Virus record (IMG/VR): IMGVR_UViG_3300006853_000015
Origin: a virus
Length of the DNA: 64,000 nucleotides
Direction: 5' to 3' (one strand)
Below the pieces are notes generated by a model. That model searched no databases and was not told where the DNA came from. It saw nothing but the letters and a program-made list of their open reading frames with translations. The number at the start of each line of letters is the position of its first letter. Within the stretch, counting starts at the first letter, position 1. A program made the position numbers and the translations under genes. Positions 62,304 to 64,000 of this stretch are shown here, piece by piece.

Positions 62304-63363
62304 CGCAGAACCCCGCCCGCTTGCGACGCCACAGCAGATAGTCAGCCCCTTCTTCCACATCAGGGAAGCAATGCACGTAGCCAGCGCCGCCGCGTGCAAG
62401 GGGATCGATAACGGAGACGATGGAAGCGCCCGTGATCTGGTGTCCGAACTGCCCCTTTTCCGCGTAACTGTCGATGGCCTTGTAGCCCTTGGCGCGGCAT
62501 GCCCAAAACTGGCCGCCCTGGAAAGGGTGCTCGCTATGAAACATGGCGTAGTTGTGGCGATGGCCGCAGATGTACAGGGCCGCCTGTGCGCGCTCTGCCA
62601 TCTTCATGGGGCCTTGCAGCGGGTTGATCGCCGAGCTTCCCTTGAAGTCGTGCGCCGCCCATATGGGAAGTTTCAAACCGCACGGAAAGGTAAGCTTGAT
62701 TTGGGCCTGCCAATCGTGAAGCGGGACGATGTTCCGCGCTTGCGCGCGCATCAGCTCACTTCCACCGCGCCAAGCGTCGTGGTTTCCAAGCAACCACATC
62801 AGCCACTCAACCCCGGAACGGTGCAACAGCCACTCCACAAGCTGTGCGGCCTGGGTGCGGGTAACAAGCTGTTCCTCGTAAAGGTGCAAAAGCTTGCCAA
62901 GCCAATTATTGGTGCTGTCACCGATATTGGCACCCACCATGCCCGGCGTTTTGGCCGTTACTGCAACGTCATAGCGCAATTGCGGCCAATCGCAACCACC
63001 ATCGTCCATATGGGGATCACCAAACCACACAATCCCCATAGGTGCGTCGCTGTTCACGGCAATTTCATGCCACCGTCTTGCAGCGTGTTCGCGATGGGTG
63101 CGCCGGTAGGCGATTTCCAGGCCGTCCAGTAGCTCTTCGTCGCTCATTGCCGCGCTTGGAAGGCGCGGCTGAGTAAGTACAGCACCAACCGGGGCCTGCT
63201 CTGCATGGGGCATTAGCCCCGCGCTACGCCCCATCTTCGCGCGATCATACAGCGTTGTCTTGCTGATGCCTGATGCTCTCGATGCCTGCTCATATGTGCC
63301 GTGTTTTAGCACAAGGTCAAGCGCCTGTTGCCAAAGCTGTGCCTTGGCGTCTTCACGGTCCAT
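62293..63363 (-). CDS. Calcineurin-like metallophosphoesterase with N-terminal HTH
   Basis: ASRASGISKTTLYDR (HTH); FGDPH, IGD..NN, LGNHD, H, GHRH metal motifs. Start MDRED at 63363. Confidence 0.85.
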   Translation of the reverse strand: MDREDAKAQLWQQALDLVLKHGTYEQASRASGISKTTLYDRAKMGRSAGLMPHAEQAPVGAVLTQPRLPSAAMSDEELLDGLEIAYRRTHREHAARRWHEIAVNSDAPMGIVWFGDPHMDDGGCDWPQLRYDVAVTAKTPGMVGANIGDSTNNWLGKLLHLYEEQLVTRTQAAQLVEWLLHRSGVEWLMWLLGNHDAWRGGSELMRAQARNIVPLHDWQAQIKLTFPCGLKLPIWAAHDFKGSSAINPLQGPMKMAERAQAALYICGHRHNYAMFHSEHPFQGGQFWACRAKGYKAIDSYAEKGQFGHQITGASIVSVIDPLARGGAGYVHCFPDVEEGADYLLWRRKRAGFCDET

Positions 63364-63416
63364 ATGCCCGTATCTCCACAATTGCCCTACGCAGCACAAA
63401 GGGAGATAGATTGAAA

Positions 63417-63595
63417 GGCGGGGCGGCTCACGTGATCACGCTCATAATCACGCTTACCGCCCCGCCATAGCGCCGCGCCATGCCGTCGAAGTCATGGGGT
63501 CGCTAATGAAAACCGGGGCTGCATGCCAGTGCGCCCCGGTTCCGGGTCTCTACCGTGGCATTGGGGGAAGGAAAGCCCCATAGCCATAGGAGACG
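63417..63595. other. Three consecutive hairpins upstream of the modification operon
   Basis: GGCGGGGCGG/CCGCCCCGCC (63417-63466) with an inner CGTGAT/ATCACG stem; ACCGGGGC/GCCCCGGT; GTCTC..TGGGG/CCCCA..GAGAC. Confidence 0.5.
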
Positions 63596-63598
63596 CCT

Positions 63599-63934
63599 TT
63601 ACCTGGGATCAACAACCATCCACATTAGCACCTCTTCCACGCCAAGCACGTGGCAAGAGATCGTGCGCGGCCCATCGCCCCACCTAATCTTCGTGCTTGT
63701 GGGCACGCTATAGGTCTGGGTTAGCAATTGGCACTTGCGGATAAATTCCATTTCCGTCCAGCCCTTAACCTCGTATCCGTCTCCCACGTTGTACAGGCCG
63801 GGCTTCGATGTGGCCGCACTGCGAAGAAAGCACACCTGATTTCCATTGCAGGCCACGTTAGCCGCACCTGGAAGAGGTTCTGATGCTACGGGGAACGCAA
63901 ATAGAACAAAAATAGTCCAAAGATATGCAGCCAA
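63599..63934 (-). CDS. Secreted hypothetical protein
   Basis: AAAGGAG RBS plus TTG at 63934; signal-like AAYLWTIFVLFAFPVAS; four Cys. Confidence 0.55.
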   Translation of the reverse strand: MAAYLWTIFVLFAFPVASEPLPGAANVACNGNQVCFLRSAATSKPGLYNVGDGYEVKGWTEMEFIRKCQLLTQTYSVPTSTKIRWGDGPRTISCHVLGVEEVLMWMVVDPR

Positions 63935-64000
63935 TGCGCAACTCCTTTCTATGGATTTTCCTGCGGGTAGATTTCTATTCCCCCTGAACAAGAAAAAGGT

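Noticed and set aside
63992-64000. Direct joining of the two window ends into a complete circle
   Set aside because: A direct join would fuse the PadR frame in-frame with the 63599 ORF, which has its own RBS and signal peptide. Some sequence is probably missing between the ends.
1-64000. CRISPR array, tRNA/rRNA genes, transposases, introns or diversity-generating retroelement
   Set aside because: No regularly spaced direct repeats, cloverleaf with T-loop consensus, transposase motifs or reverse-transcriptase motifs were seen.

Overview
The whole window is one tailed dsDNA phage, roughly 58-60% GC by eye. The host is probably an Alphaproteobacterium, inferred from the GcrA-like, GapR-like and double cold-shock-domain genes and the loss of GANTC sites. 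Three transcription blocks are visible. (1) A leftward block from 14.6 kb to the left edge: GapR-like, RuvC-like, primase-helicase, Q-like regulator, GcrA, gpZ-like, SSB, Csp, TIGR02594 peptidase, dCMP deaminase, DnaA-domain-IV protein, a beta-propeller glycosidase-like protein, small membrane proteins and a truncated PadR-like gene. (2) A rightward early block at 15.0-28.8 kb: DUF932-like, RecE-like exonuclease, putative annealing protein, dATP/dGTP diphosphohydrolase fusion, a histone-like protein, an acidic protein and many small ORFs. (3) A long leftward block from 64 kb to 28.9 kb. It starts with metallophosphoesterase, MazG-like and ParB-like genes and a 7-deazaguanine DNA-modification cluster (dpdA-like, folE, queD, purine PRTase, queE; no queC). 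Then come lambda-type packaging and head genes, a P2-type contractile tail interrupted by thyX and a DnaA-IV/GcrA-HTH fusion, a GH19 endolysin and dnaQ. I found no integrase, cI-like repressor, DNA polymerase, tRNA or CRISPR array. The most striking observations are: the QueC-less deazaguanine cluster coupled to terminase; no GANTC (CcrM) site found in a by-eye scan of all 64 kb, alongside two GcrA-like proteins; and four dispersed ~100-bp intergenic palindromic elements sharing a RGCTA-N5-GTA(C/G)C loop motif. All family assignments come from motif recognition by eye. No database search was run.
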